Source: Clostridia bacterium
GTDB lineage: Bacteria; Bacillota; Clostridia; Oscillospirales; Acutalibacteraceae
DNA length: 64,000 nt
NCBI GenBank assembly: GCA_017550895.1
Contig: JAFZNN010000236.1
Location: 1,232-65,231 of the forward strand
Direction of reading: 5' to 3'
The position numbers and the translations under genes were made by a program. Every line of letters begins with the position of its first letter. Position 1 is the stretch's first letter. The notes beneath the pieces are model-generated. The model searched no databases, was not told the DNA's origin, and saw only the letters and a program-made list of their open reading frames with translations. Below, in pieces: positions 38,010-48,004 of this stretch.

Positions 38010-39203
38010 ATGACCGAGGAACGAAAAATCCTGACGCTGAGTCTGACCGCTGCCGCTGCCTCGGCGGCCGTGCCCGCCGTGCTCGGCGTGCTGAAAAATC
38101 TGCGTCCGAAGCCGCTGGCGGCGTCCGACCGGCTGCACGCGGACGGCGCGGGCTTTGCCGACACCGCCGGCAGCCCCGTGACGCTGCACGCCGTCGAGCT
38201 GCCGACCGCGCCCACCGTCTTTTTGCGGGACGGCGAAGACTGCCCGCCGGAGGACGTGGAGCCGGCGCTGACCGAGCGCTTCGGCGCCTACGGCGCAAAG
38301 CAGCTGCTGCAGGCGGAGCGTTTCGGCGCGCTGACCGCCGCGGATCTGAAAACGCTCAAGGGCCTGGGCGTCAACTGCTTGCAGGTGCCGCTGCGCAGCA
38401 ACCGCCTTTGCAAGAAGCCGAGCGGGCGCGATGAGATCGATTTTTCCGCCGTCGACGCGCTGGTCGACCGCTGCCGCGCCGCGGGCGTTTATGTGCTGCC
38501 CCTGCTCACGGCGCTGCCCGACGCCCTGCTGCAAAACAGCAAGGCGGGCTTCGACGCGCGCAACGCGGTGCTGCGCCAGTGGCTGCAGATCGCCGCGCAT
38601 TATAAAGACGAACCCGCAATCGCGGGCTTTTCGCTGTTGGACGGCGCCGCGCTGAACGGCGCGGACGGAAGCGGCGCGCAGGCGCTGCAGAAATTCGGCC
38701 GCAGGCTGGTCAAAGCGCTGCGCGACGCGGGCGCCGACTGTCCGCTGTTCCTGCCTGCCGCGGGCGACACGCTGCCCGATCCGGCCGGCTGCGGCGAAAA
38801 CCTGGCCGTTTCTCTGGATTGCCGCGCCCTCTCCCCCGCCGTGCGCGAAGCGCTGCGCCGGCGGCTGCCGGCAAATCTGCCCTGCCTGGTCACCGTCAGC
38901 GATACGGATGATCCCGTCGGCGCGCTGGCGGAATTTGCCGATCTGGGCGGTCTGTGCTTCGCCGGCTTTTTCGGCGCGCGCGGCTGCCTGTTCGCCGCCT
39001 TCACCGGGGACGCTCCGGATCTGGTCCGGGACGATTACAAAACGCTGACCGAGAAATGCGGCGCGGTTCTGGACATGAGCAATCTGAAGGCAAACGCCGC
39101 CCTGTGCGATATGGTGAAGGACGTCTTCGGCGGCGCCGTCGAGGATCCGAAGCCGAAAACCACCGTGCGCTTCGGTCTGAACGATCCGCCTGCGGATGCA
39201 TAA
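38010..39203 (+). CDS. GH5-like protein with degenerate catalytic motifs
   Basis: LHADG..DTAGSPVTLHAV, GVNCLQVP, YKDEPAIAGFSLLDG (NEP expected). Confidence 0.65.
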   Translation: MTEERKILTLSLTAAAASAAVPAVLGVLKNLRPKPLAASDRLHADGAGFADTAGSPVTLHAVELPTAPTVFLRDGEDCPPEDVEPALTERFGAYGAKQLLQAERFGALTAADLKTLKGLGVNCLQVPLRSNRLCKKPSGRDEIDFSAVDALVDRCRAAGVYVLPLLTALPDALLQNSKAGFDARNAVLRQWLQIAAHYKDEPAIAGFSLLDGAALNGADGSGAQALQKFGRRLVKALRDAGADCPLFLPAAGDTLPDPAGCGENLAVSLDCRALSPAVREALRRRLPANLPCLVTVSDTDDPVGALAEFADLGGLCFAGFFGARGCLFAAFTGDAPDLVRDDYKTLTEKCGAVLDMSNLKANAALCDMVKDVFGGAVEDPKPKTTVRFGLNDPPADA

Positions 39204-39219
39204 CACATCTCGTTTTTTC

Positions 39220-39250
39220 AGCAAGGAGCCGCCCGCTCCTTGCTTTTTTT
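39220..39250 (+). terminator. intrinsic terminator
   Basis: AGCAAGGAGC-CGCCC-GCTCCTTGCT-TTTTTT. Confidence 0.85.
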
Positions 39251-39401
39251 GCGCCGTCGGGCGAATTTGTGAATTTTTTTGTTTCGCCCGTTTTCCTCTT
39301 GTAATTCCGGCAGAAAGCGTATATAATGTTTTTATATTGGATTAGTGTCCCGCAGTCCCGCTGCGCCACCGGTCCGCCTGCAAAAAACGAGGAGGGTTCC
39401 C

Positions 39402-40997
39402 ATGAGTAAATATGTGATTTCCTATGACATCGGCACCACGGGCGTCAAATCCTGTCTGTTTGAAATCGATAAAACGATCACCCTGGTCAGCGCGGCCATG
39501 CAGGGCTACAACCTCTATATTCTGCCGGACGGCGGCGCGGAGCAGGATCCCGACGAATGGTGGGACGCCATCTGCGCCACGACCAAGCAGATTTTCCTGC
39601 AGTGCGCCGTCAAGCCCGCGCAGGTGGAGGGCATTTCCTTCTGCTCCCAGATGCAGGGCCTGGTGCTCGTCGACAAGGAAGGCAAGCCCGTGCGCCGCGC
39701 CTTCAGTTACATGGACCAGCGCGCGAAAAAGCAGATCAAGGAGGGCATGGCATACGGCCCGCAGATCGCCGGCGCGAACATCAAAAAACTGATCCCCTCC
39801 CTCATCATCACCGGCGCGGTCTCCGCGAGCGTGAAGGACCCGGTCTGGAAATACAACTGGGTCAAGGAAAACGAACCCGAAAACTTCAAGCGCATCTATA
39901 AATGGCTGGACGTCAAGGAGTCCATCATCTGCCGCATGACCGGCAAATGCATCATGACGCCCGATTCCGCCTTCGGCGCGCTGATCTATGATATCCGCGA
40001 CGGCAAGCGCTGCTGGAGCGAAACGGTCTGCAAGCTGCTGGGTGTGGATATGCAGCATCTGGCCGAGATCGTGCCCTGCACGGCGAAGGTCGGCGGCCTG
40101 ACCGCGCAGGCGGCATCCGAGCTGGGCCTGCCGGAGGGCACGGCCGTCTTCGGCGGCGGCGGCGACGCTTCCCTGATCGGCGTGGGCGCGGGCGCGGTCG
40201 AAATGGGCGACACGCACATGTACAGCGGCACGAGCGGCTGGTGCTCCACCGTGGTGGACAGAAGCATCGTCGACACCTCCGCGATGATCGCCGCGATCGT
40301 CGGCGCGCAGCCGGATTCCTTCAACTACTTTGCCGAGCTGGAAACCGCCGGCAAATGTCTGGAATGGGTCAAGGATCACCTGGCGCTCGATGAGATCGGC
40401 ATCTTCCTTGAGAAAACCCATGTGGCGGAATCCAAAGAGTCCGTTTACACCAATCTTTACGACTATCTCTCCAAGGTGGTCAACGAAATCCCCGCCGGCA
40501 GCGGCGGCGTCATCTTCACCCCGTGGCTCCACGGCAACCGCTGCCCGTTTGAGGATCCGAACGCGCGCGGCATGTTCTTCAACATCAGCCTCGACACCGG
40601 CAAGACCGAGCTGATCCGCGCGGTGCTCGAGGGCGTTTGCTACCACCTGCGCTGGTTTATGGAAACGCAGGATAAGAAGATCAAGACCTCCGACACCATC
40701 CGCTTCGTCGGCGGCGGCGCGCTTTCCGACGTCACCTGCCAGATCCTCGCGGACGTCACCGGCCGCACGATCGAAACCGTGGACAGCCCCCAGAACGTCG
40801 GCGCGGTCGGCGCGGCGGTCATCATGGCCGTCGGCCTGGGCGTGATCGACAAGATCTCCGACGCAAAGAAGCTGATCCCCGCAAGCAAGACCTTCCGCCC
40901 CAATCCGGAAAACAAAGCGGTGTATGACCGCAATTTCGCGGTGTATAAAACGCTGTATAAGAACAACAAAGCGGCCTTTGCCGCGCTGAACGGCTGA
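39402..40997 (+). CDS. FGGY-family carbohydrate kinase (xylulokinase-like)
   Basis: YDIGTTGVKS, GGGDA, AVLEGV and GGGALS motifs; TTGTAA-17-TATAAT promoter upstream. Confidence 0.9.
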   Translation: MSKYVISYDIGTTGVKSCLFEIDKTITLVSAAMQGYNLYILPDGGAEQDPDEWWDAICATTKQIFLQCAVKPAQVEGISFCSQMQGLVLVDKEGKPVRRAFSYMDQRAKKQIKEGMAYGPQIAGANIKKLIPSLIITGAVSASVKDPVWKYNWVKENEPENFKRIYKWLDVKESIICRMTGKCIMTPDSAFGALIYDIRDGKRCWSETVCKLLGVDMQHLAEIVPCTAKVGGLTAQAASELGLPEGTAVFGGGGDASLIGVGAGAVEMGDTHMYSGTSGWCSTVVDRSIVDTSAMIAAIVGAQPDSFNYFAELETAGKCLEWVKDHLALDEIGIFLEKTHVAESKESVYTNLYDYLSKVVNEIPAGSGGVIFTPWLHGNRCPFEDPNARGMFFNISLDTGKTELIRAVLEGVCYHLRWFMETQDKKIKTSDTIRFVGGGALSDVTCQILADVTGRTIETVDSPQNVGAVGAAVIMAVGLGVIDKISDAKKLIPASKTFRPNPENKAVYDRNFAVYKTLYKNNKAAFAALNG

Positions 40998-41030
40998 GCC
41001 GTTCCGATGCTGAAGAAAGGATCGATTCAT

Positions 41031-41717
41031 ATGAAAAAAATCACAGCGATTCTGATTTGTATGGTTGTGGCGCTGACCTGCCTGACCGCCTGCAAGGCGA
41101 AGCTGAAAAACGGCGCCGTGCTCTCCGGCGGCGGCCATGACTACGCGGCCGTCACTAACGAGGACGGCGGCATCCAGCGCGACGACGCCGGCAACATCGT
41201 CGTGCTCGTGACCAATGACAAGGGCAAGAACGTCAAGGATGAAAACGGCGAATACGCGACGCAGGCCGTGGCGCTGCGCGGCGCGCTTGTGGTCGGCAAC
41301 CGCATTGAATGCCCCGACTACCGCATGGAGATTCCCAACGGCTGGAGCGACTATCTGAGCGGCGCCGATCTGATGATCCAGCGCGACGGCACAAAGGATA
41401 TCATCAAGATCATCGCCACGCGCGACGGCGATCTCGTCGCCTCCATGAAGCAGGCCAGCGAACTGATCGACAAGATGAAGTCCTTCTCCGCGGATACGGA
41501 TTATGTCAACCGCAGCGTGAAGCTGCTGGATCAGGATGCGCAGATCTTTGCCGTCTATGTGCCGGATAACGGTTCCGGCGCCGCCTCCTACCTCGGCTAC
41601 ATCTTCTTTGAGCATAACGGCGTGGTCTATTCCTGCATGCTCACCTCCGACCGCAACATGAACGAAAGCCTCGATGAGATCCTTTCCATTCTCAACACCA
41701 TTGAATTTGTACATTAA
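41031..41717 (+). CDS. hypothetical lipoprotein
   Basis: MKK..hydrophobic..LTAC lipobox; family not recognised. Confidence 0.7.
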   Translation: MKKITAILICMVVALTCLTACKAKLKNGAVLSGGGHDYAAVTNEDGGIQRDDAGNIVVLVTNDKGKNVKDENGEYATQAVALRGALVVGNRIECPDYRMEIPNGWSDYLSGADLMIQRDGTKDIIKIIATRDGDLVASMKQASELIDKMKSFSADTDYVNRSVKLLDQDAQIFAVYVPDNGSGAASYLGYIFFEHNGVVYSCMLTSDRNMNESLDEILSILNTIEFVH

Positions 41718-41731
41718 TAGGAGCGCTGGTT

Positions 41732-42748
41732 ATGTTATTCACCCAGGATATCGGCATTGATCTCGGCACGGCGAACACGCTGGTGTTCGTCAAGGGCAAG
41801 GGCATCGTGATCCGCGAGCCCTCTGTCGTGGCAGTGGACCAGAAAAGCAATCCGCCGCGCGTGGTTGCCGTCGGCAGTGAAGCGAAGGAGATGATCGGGC
41901 GCACGCCCGGCTCCATCGTTGCCGTGCGTCCGCTGAAGGAGGGCGTGATCGCGGATTTTGAGATCACGGCCGAAATGATCGAATCGTTCATCAAGCGCAC
42001 GGCGCACCGCCGGCCGTTTTCCCGCACGCGGGTGCTCATCTGCGTGCCCTCGGGCGTGACCGAAGTGGAAATGAAGGCCGTGCATGACGCAGCCAAAAGC
42101 GCGGGCGCCAATTTCGTGAGCCTGATCGAAGAGCCGATGGCGGCGGCGGTCGGCGCGGGTCTGCCCGTCACCGAGGCCACCGGCAGCATGGTGGTGGATA
42201 GCGGCGGCGGCACCTCCGAGGTGGCGGTCATTTCGCTGGGCGGCGTTGTGACCTCCTTCTCCTCCCGCATCGCCGGCGACGATCTGGACGAGGCCATCAT
42301 TTCCTACATCAAGAAAAAATACAATCTGCTCATCGGCGAACGCACCGCCGAGGATATCAAGGTCAAGATCGGCTCCGCCTATCCCTATGACGGCGAGGGC
42401 ACGGTCAATATCAAGGGCCGCAACCTGATGGACGGTCTGCCCAAAAACGTGGACATCACCTCCGAGGAGGTGCGCGAAGCGCTGGCGGACCCCGTCCGGC
42501 AGATCGTGGACGCCGTGAAATCCACGCTCGAGCGCACCCCGCCCGAGCTGGCGGCGGATATCATTGACCGCGGTATCATGCTCACCGGCGGCGGCGCGCT
42601 GCTGCGCGGGCTGGACAAGCTGATTGCCGCCGAAACGAAGATCCCCGTCCATGTGGCGGACAATCCCCTGGATTGCGTCGTGGACGGCTGCGGCATCTGC
42701 CTTGAAAACGAATCCCTTTCTGAGGTGCGCAACAAGAAATACATGTGA
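41732..42748 (+). CDS. mreB: rod shape-determining actin homolog
   Basis: [35 protein letters not shown]. Confidence 0.96.
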   Translation: MLFTQDIGIDLGTANTLVFVKGKGIVIREPSVVAVDQKSNPPRVVAVGSEAKEMIGRTPGSIVAVRPLKEGVIADFEITAEMIESFIKRTAHRRPFSRTRVLICVPSGVTEVEMKAVHDAAKSAGANFVSLIEEPMAAAVGAGLPVTEATGSMVVDSGGGTSEVAVISLGGVVTSFSSRIAGDDLDEAIISYIKKKYNLLIGERTAEDIKVKIGSAYPYDGEGTVNIKGRNLMDGLPKNVDITSEEVREALADPVRQIVDAVKSTLERTPPELAADIIDRGIMLTGGGALLRGLDKLIAAETKIPVHVADNPLDCVVDGCGICLENESLSEVRNKKYM

Positions 42749-42793
42749 CGCGCACGCTGCTGACATTCCCTGCCGGATATCGGAGATCTGCCT

Positions 42794-43639
42794 ATGACTC
42801 ACCTGTTTAAAAGCACCGCCTTCAAAATCTTTGCCGTGATCGCCGCCGCGTTGCTGGCGGGCTCGGCGTTTGCGCTCGTTTCCCGCAGCGGCTCTTCGCC
42901 GGTCACGTCGGTCACGGGCGTGATTTTCAGTCCCCTTTCGCGGCTGGCCACCCGCACGGCGTCGGCGCTTTCCAACCTGCCGATCTCCTTCCGCTCCTCC
43001 TCCGTGCTGGCCGCCGAGGTGGATGCGCTGCAGGCGGAGGTCGACCGGCTGAACGGGCAGCTTGTGGACTACGAAGAAGCCAAGCATAAGAATGAATTCT
43101 ATCAGGAATTCCTTGCGCTGAAGGAAGCGCACAATGACTATACGTTTGTGGAGGCTGCCGTTATCGGCCGCGACGCGGCCGGCTATTTCGGCTCCTTCAC
43201 GCTCAACAAAGGGTCCCTGCAGGACGTCGCGGTCAACGACCCCGTGATCTACGGCCAGTATCTGGTCGGCGTGGTCGCCTCCGTGACGCCGACGCAGTGC
43301 ACCGTGCACACCATCCTCAACCCGCATGTCAACGTGAGCGCCTATGAGGTGCGCACGCGCGACCTCGGCTACGTCACCTCCACCACCGCGCTCGCGCAGG
43401 AGGGGCAGTGCCACATGCCGGGGCTTGCGGCCGAAACGAGCATTTCCGTGGGTGGCATCGTCTGCACCTCGGGCGTGGGCGGCATCTATCCGCGCGATCT
43501 GATCATCGGCACGATCGTGGACGTCGTGGACGGCACGGCGGATATATCCGCGAGCGCCATCATCAACCCCGGCGCCAGACTGGACAAGCTGACCGATGTG
43601 TGCGTGATCACCTCCTTCAACGGGCAGCACGCACAGTAA
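42794..43639 (+). CDS. mreC: rod shape-determining protein MreC
   Basis: TM, coiled coil, then LNKGS..GDIVCTSG-like TSGVGGIYPRDLIIG; follows mreB. Confidence 0.92.
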   Translation: MTHLFKSTAFKIFAVIAAALLAGSAFALVSRSGSSPVTSVTGVIFSPLSRLATRTASALSNLPISFRSSSVLAAEVDALQAEVDRLNGQLVDYEEAKHKNEFYQEFLALKEAHNDYTFVEAAVIGRDAAGYFGSFTLNKGSLQDVAVNDPVIYGQYLVGVVASVTPTQCTVHTILNPHVNVSAYEVRTRDLGYVTSTTALAQEGQCHMPGLAAETSISVGGIVCTSGVGGIYPRDLIIGTIVDVVDGTADISASAIINPGARLDKLTDVCVITSFNGQHAQ

Positions 43640-43645
43640 CCGATC

Positions 43646-44188
43646 ATGATGACTTTGAAGAAGCAACGAAAAATCCTGTTGTTGCGCAGGCTGATCCTTG
43701 CGCTGATGCTGCTCGTGCTGTCCCTGCTGCAAAACACGGACGGCTTTTTTCCGCAGATCTTCGGCGTGCGCGCGCTGCTGCTGATTCCGGCCGTGGTGTG
43801 CATCGCCGTGTTTGAACGGGATTTCGCGGGCCTGTTTTTCGGTCTGCTGGCCGGCGCGCTCTGGGATGCCGCCGCCGGAGGCGCAAGCATCCGGGCGCTG
43901 TATCTGATGGCGGTCGGCTATCTTTGCGGCGTGCTGATCAACACGCTCATGCGCTGCAATATCATGACCGCAACGCTTCTTTCCGCCGGCGCCGTGCTGC
44001 TCTATGAGCTTGCGGCCTGGCTGATCGCCTATCCCCTGGCCGGTCTGGACCGCGCGGTTTTCATGCTGCTGCGCTACTATCTGCCCGGCGCCGTTTATTC
44101 CCTGGTGTTCGCGCCGGTGCTCTTTATTCTCGTGCGCGCCATTCAGAAGAAATTCTCCGTGAATCCGACCGTCCACAGCACCGACTGA
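43646..44188 (+). CDS. mreD: rod shape-determining protein MreD
   Basis: Multi-TM protein with GLFFGLLAGALWD, in mreBCD order. Confidence 0.85.
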   Translation: MMTLKKQRKILLLRRLILALMLLVLSLLQNTDGFFPQIFGVRALLLIPAVVCIAVFERDFAGLFFGLLAGALWDAAAGGASIRALYLMAVGYLCGVLINTLMRCNIMTATLLSAGAVLLYELAAWLIAYPLAGLDRAVFMLLRYYLPGAVYSLVFAPVLFILVRAIQKKFSVNPTVHSTD

Positions 44189-44234
44189 CGGCAGCCGGCA
44201 TTCCGTTTATTACATTTTTCAGGAGTCAATACAT

Positions 44235-46286
44235 ATGCGTCCGAAAATTCCAACCGGCCGCCGCATCGCGGCCGTCTGCATATTAATGGCGTTTTTCGTC
44301 TTCTTCGCCTTTGATCTGATCAAGCTGCAGCTTGTCGAGGGCGAGGAGTTCAACGCAGTCATCTCCTCCGTGGCGGAGCATACCGCGCCGGTGGCCGCCG
44401 CCCGCGGCGAGATCGTGGACTGCAACGGCGTGCCGCTGGTGTATTACGGGCAGACTTATGCCCTGATCCTGGACGCCGCCTATTTCCCCTCCGCCAAGGA
44501 GCAGGCGCAGCGCAATGAGATCCTGCTCGCGCTGATCCGCCTGTTTGAGCGGCGCGGGCTCGCGTGGATCGATCCCCTCCCCCTCGTCTTTGACGCCGCG
44601 GGCACCGTCGCCTTCCGGCCGGACAGCGACAAGGAGATCGCCGAAATGAAGAGCGCCTCCCTGCTCAATCTGAATGATTACGCCACGGCGCAGAACTGTC
44701 TGGACGCCGTTGTCAAAATGTTTGACCTGGAGGAATACAGCCCCGCCGACGCGCGCAAGATCGCCTCGGTCTGCTACGGTCTCAAGCGGGACGGCTTTAA
44801 TGTTTCGCGCCCCTACACCTTTGCGCAGGATGTGCCCGCCGAGGTTGTTTCCATCGTTAAGGAAAACAGCGACTTTTACCGCGGCGTGGATGTGGACATC
44901 GTGCCGGTGCGTCAGTATTCGGACGGCACGCTCGCGCCGCATATCCTCGGCCGCGTGGCGGTGATCAACGCCGAGGAATACGCCGAAAAGAAGGATCTGG
45001 GCTATCAGATGGACGACCTGATCGGCAAAAGCGGTCTCGAGCTCGCCATGGAAGACACCCTGCGCGGCACAGCCGGCGAAAAAACCATCTATACCGACCC
45101 GAACGGCAGCAACACCTCCGTGATCACCAAGCAGCCGCAGCCGGGCAACACCGTTGTGACAACCATTGACGCAGGGCTGCAGGCCGTCGCCGTGCAGAGC
45201 CTGGCCGACACGCTGGAAAACTATGCCGATGTGAACGGCAACATCGTGGACAGCGCCGGCGCGGTCGTGGTGCTGGACTGCAACAGCGCCGCCGTGCTTG
45301 CCTGCGCCTCCTATCCGACCTATGATATCACGACTTATGCCGAAGACGCGGCGGCGCTCAACGAAGCGCCGGGCTCGCCTCTCTGGAACCGCGCGCTGCT
45401 CTCCGCCTACGCGACCGGTTCCACAATGAAACCCTCCGTCGCCATCGGCGCGCTGGAGGAGGGCGTGATCGACGAGAATTTCACGGTCTACTGCAGCGGC
45501 TCCTATGAATTCCTGGGGCAGCACTTCAAATGCGAACAGCAGCATAAAAACCCCTACGTCAACGTCGTTGCCGCCATTGATGAATCCTGCAATATCTTCT
45601 TCTATGAGGTCGGGCAGATGCTCGGCATCGAAAAGATGAATGAATACCGCACACTGCTCGGCTTCGGCGCAAAAACCGGCTGCGAGCTGGGCGAATCCGC
45701 CGGCGTGCTGGACAGCCCGGAATACCGCGCCTCCCTGAATCAGGAATGGCTGCCGGGCTTTACCGTGCAGTCCGCCATCGGCCAGGCCGGCAACCTCTTT
45801 ACGCCGATCCAGCTGGCCAATTACGTCGCGACGATCGCGAACGGCGGCACCCGCTACCGCACGCATTTCGTCAAGAGCATCAAAAGCCACGATTATTCCC
45901 GCACGATCGAGGAAACGCCGGTCACCATCGCCTGCGAAACCGGCATTTCCGCCAAGACGCTGGATACCGTCAAGCGCGGCATGCTCGCCGTGGGCACCAC
46001 CGGCTACTGCGCCGACGCCTTTGCAGACCTGCCCGTGAAGGTGGCGGCCAAAACCGGCACCTCGCAGGAATACCGCATGATCAAGAATGTATCCACCAAG
46101 ATCAACAACGGCTTCCTGATCGCCTTCGCGCCGTATGAGGCGCCGGAGATCGCGATTGCCGCCGTCGGCGAAGGCATGGTTTCCGGCGCAAATGTCGCCC
46201 CGGTGATCGCCGCGATCGTCGACTACTATTTCGGCAAAAACAGCACACTTTCTCCCGTGCCGGAGACCGGCGTGCTGATTCCCTGA
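44235..46286 (+). CDS. mrdA: class B penicillin-binding protein (PBP2)
   Basis: RGEIVD, GKSGLE, GSTMK (SxxK), SCN (SxN) and KTGT motifs. Confidence 0.9.
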   Translation: MRPKIPTGRRIAAVCILMAFFVFFAFDLIKLQLVEGEEFNAVISSVAEHTAPVAAARGEIVDCNGVPLVYYGQTYALILDAAYFPSAKEQAQRNEILLALIRLFERRGLAWIDPLPLVFDAAGTVAFRPDSDKEIAEMKSASLLNLNDYATAQNCLDAVVKMFDLEEYSPADARKIASVCYGLKRDGFNVSRPYTFAQDVPAEVVSIVKENSDFYRGVDVDIVPVRQYSDGTLAPHILGRVAVINAEEYAEKKDLGYQMDDLIGKSGLELAMEDTLRGTAGEKTIYTDPNGSNTSVITKQPQPGNTVVTTIDAGLQAVAVQSLADTLENYADVNGNIVDSAGAVVVLDCNSAAVLACASYPTYDITTYAEDAAALNEAPGSPLWNRALLSAYATGSTMKPSVAIGALEEGVIDENFTVYCSGSYEFLGQHFKCEQQHKNPYVNVVAAIDESCNIFFYEVGQMLGIEKMNEYRTLLGFGAKTGCELGESAGVLDSPEYRASLNQEWLPGFTVQSAIGQAGNLFTPIQLANYVATIANGGTRYRTHFVKSIKSHDYSRTIEETPVTIACETGISAKTLDTVKRGMLAVGTTGYCADAFADLPVKVAAKTGTSQEYRMIKNVSTKINNGFLIAFAPYEAPEIAIAAVGEGMVSGANVAPVIAAIVDYYFGKNSTLSPVPETGVLIP

Positions 46287-46320
46287 TGGATTTCGGACGA
46301 CGCAGAAAGGAGGCGGCTCC

Positions 46321-47043
46321 ATGGCGCAAACGATTCTGATCTTTTCCGGCAAGGGCGGCACGGGGAAATCCTCCGTCACCGTCGGCCTCGGGCGCGCGCT
46401 CGCGGCCATGGACAAGCGCGTGCTGCTTGTGGACTGCGATATCGGTCTGCGCTGCCTGGATCTGCTGCTCGGCGCTGCGCAGGACGTGGTCTTTGACTGG
46501 GGTGATCTGCTGCTGGACCGCTGCAGCGCCGCGGATGCGATCCTGCCCGGCGAGGTCGATCTGCTTGCCGCGCCGCGGAGATTCGATCCGGGCTTTGACG
46601 CCGCCGGATTTGCCGCCATGCTGCAGCCGCTGCGGGCGGACTATGATTATATTCTGCTCGACGCGCCGGCCGGCATCGGCAGCGGACTGCTGCTCGCTGC
46701 CGCGGGTGCGGACAGCGCCGTCGGCGTCACAACGCCCGACGCGGTCTGCGTGCGCAGCTGCTGCGCGGCCTATTCCGCCCTGCGCGCGCAGGGGCTGACC
46801 GACGCGCGGCTGATCATCAATCTGTTTGAGGTGCGCCCCGTGCTCCACGGCCGGCTGCTGAATGTGGATCAGTGCATCGATGAAACGGGCATTCGCCTGC
46901 TCGGCGCCGTGCCCCGCGACCCCGCCGTGAGCTTCTGCTCCGTGACCGGCAAAGCGCCGGATGAATTCTCCCCCGCCTCGCTGGCCTATGAGCGCATCGC
47001 CCGCCGCCTCTGCGGCGAAAAAGTCCCGCTGGTTTGCGATTGA
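46321..47043 (+). CDS. minD: MinD-like ATPase
   Basis: SGKGGTGKS, DCDIGLRCLD, LLDAPAG; follows mrdA. Confidence 0.8.
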   Translation: MAQTILIFSGKGGTGKSSVTVGLGRALAAMDKRVLLVDCDIGLRCLDLLLGAAQDVVFDWGDLLLDRCSAADAILPGEVDLLAAPRRFDPGFDAAGFAAMLQPLRADYDYILLDAPAGIGSGLLLAAAGADSAVGVTTPDAVCVRSCCAAYSALRAQGLTDARLIINLFEVRPVLHGRLLNVDQCIDETGIRLLGAVPRDPAVSFCSVTGKAPDEFSPASLAYERIARRLCGEKVPLVCD

Positions 47044-47055
47044 TGAGGTGCTGTA

Positions 47056-47841
47056 ATGAAACTCAAACAAATAACACGCACAATAGTCAGCCTGTTTTTG
47101 ACGCTGGTTCTCGTGGCGCTTTCTCTTCCTGTTTTTGCTGCGGATTACCCGGGAACGATTGCTTCAGGCGAATCAATTATGACCGCTGTCAAAGCAAATG
47201 ATGCGGATTCTCTTGCGGCAATGTTCAGCGAATATGTTCAAACCAAACTACCGGACTTGCGCGAAAAAACCGGTCGTCTCGTTCAAATGATTGATAAAGG
47301 CATCGATGAGTATCGTGTGGTTTCGACGTATTACAGCGATACAGAAATAGATAAGGATTATTACACGGACTATTTTGAAATTGAAATCTTTGCCGGCAAT
47401 CGGAAGTATTTGCTTTCTGTGGAATGGATCACGACGTGGAAAGCGGATTCCAAAAGAGTCGGGCTGACCTCCCTTTATTTAAATCTTTTTGATTTGGACG
47501 GTTCTTTAGTTGAGTATCTGGACATGATTCGTCCTCCTCAAGAAATCTCTATGCATTATAAAGAGATACGAGATGTCGAGCCATGCGGCTGGTATAGCAA
47601 GGGTTTGTGTTCAAAGCTTGGTTATCATAAGCAGGTTCTTCTTTCTTCTGACCCGTCCGTTGCGACCATCAATACCAATGGGATTATTGCCGCAAATGGC
47701 CGAGGGACTGCTCATATAACAGAGAAATATGTTAATGAAGAAACCAGAAAAGAGCTTGTTTTTGAGACAGATGTTACCGTCACCTTCACCACCTGGCAAA
47801 CGATCATCTGGTATCTGTTCCTCGGTTTCCTGTGGTATTAA
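47056..47841 (+). CDS. secreted low-GC protein with Ig-like (Big_2) domain and aromatic C-terminal tail
   Basis: Signal peptide; SSDPSVATINTNGIIAANGRGTAHIT; ends TWQTIIWYLFLGFLWY. Confidence 0.7.
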   Translation: MKLKQITRTIVSLFLTLVLVALSLPVFAADYPGTIASGESIMTAVKANDADSLAAMFSEYVQTKLPDLREKTGRLVQMIDKGIDEYRVVSTYYSDTEIDKDYYTDYFEIEIFAGNRKYLLSVEWITTWKADSKRVGLTSLYLNLFDLDGSLVEYLDMIRPPQEISMHYKEIRDVEPCGWYSKGLCSKLGYHKQVLLSSDPSVATINTNGIIAANGRGTAHITEKYVNEETRKELVFETDVTVTFTTWQTIIWYLFLGFLWY

Positions 47842-47894
47842 TAGGAACGTGTTGCCAATTTCGTTGTGCTATGCCCTGTGTCTCCGGCACAGTC

Positions 47895-47918
47895 GGAACA
47901 CATGTATGTGTGCCCTAC
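47895..47918 (-). repeat. single GTAG-type REP-like palindrome
   Basis: Minus strand GTAG-GGCACACA-TACA-TGTGTTCC. Confidence 0.5.
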
Positions 47919-47956
47919 GGTTCGCTGCAAGCCTTTTATAATTCTGGCGTGGGCCT

Positions 47957-47991
47957 TAACTCCTAACTCCTAATTCCTAATTCCTAATTTC
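47957..47991. repeat. 5x heptamer tandem repeat TAA(C/T)T(C/T)C
   Basis: taactcc taactcc taattcc taattcc taatttc, immediately before the mnmE RBS. Confidence 0.9.
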
Positions 47992-48004
47992 GGAGGTATC
48001 CGCC

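Noticed and set aside
39342-46619. Very long antisense ORFs (39342-41714, 41735-44176, 44283-46619; also 2676-4859, 54708-56996, 59461-61209)
   Set aside because: They are shadow frames opposite well-recognised genes in high-GC3 DNA and contain no domain motifs.
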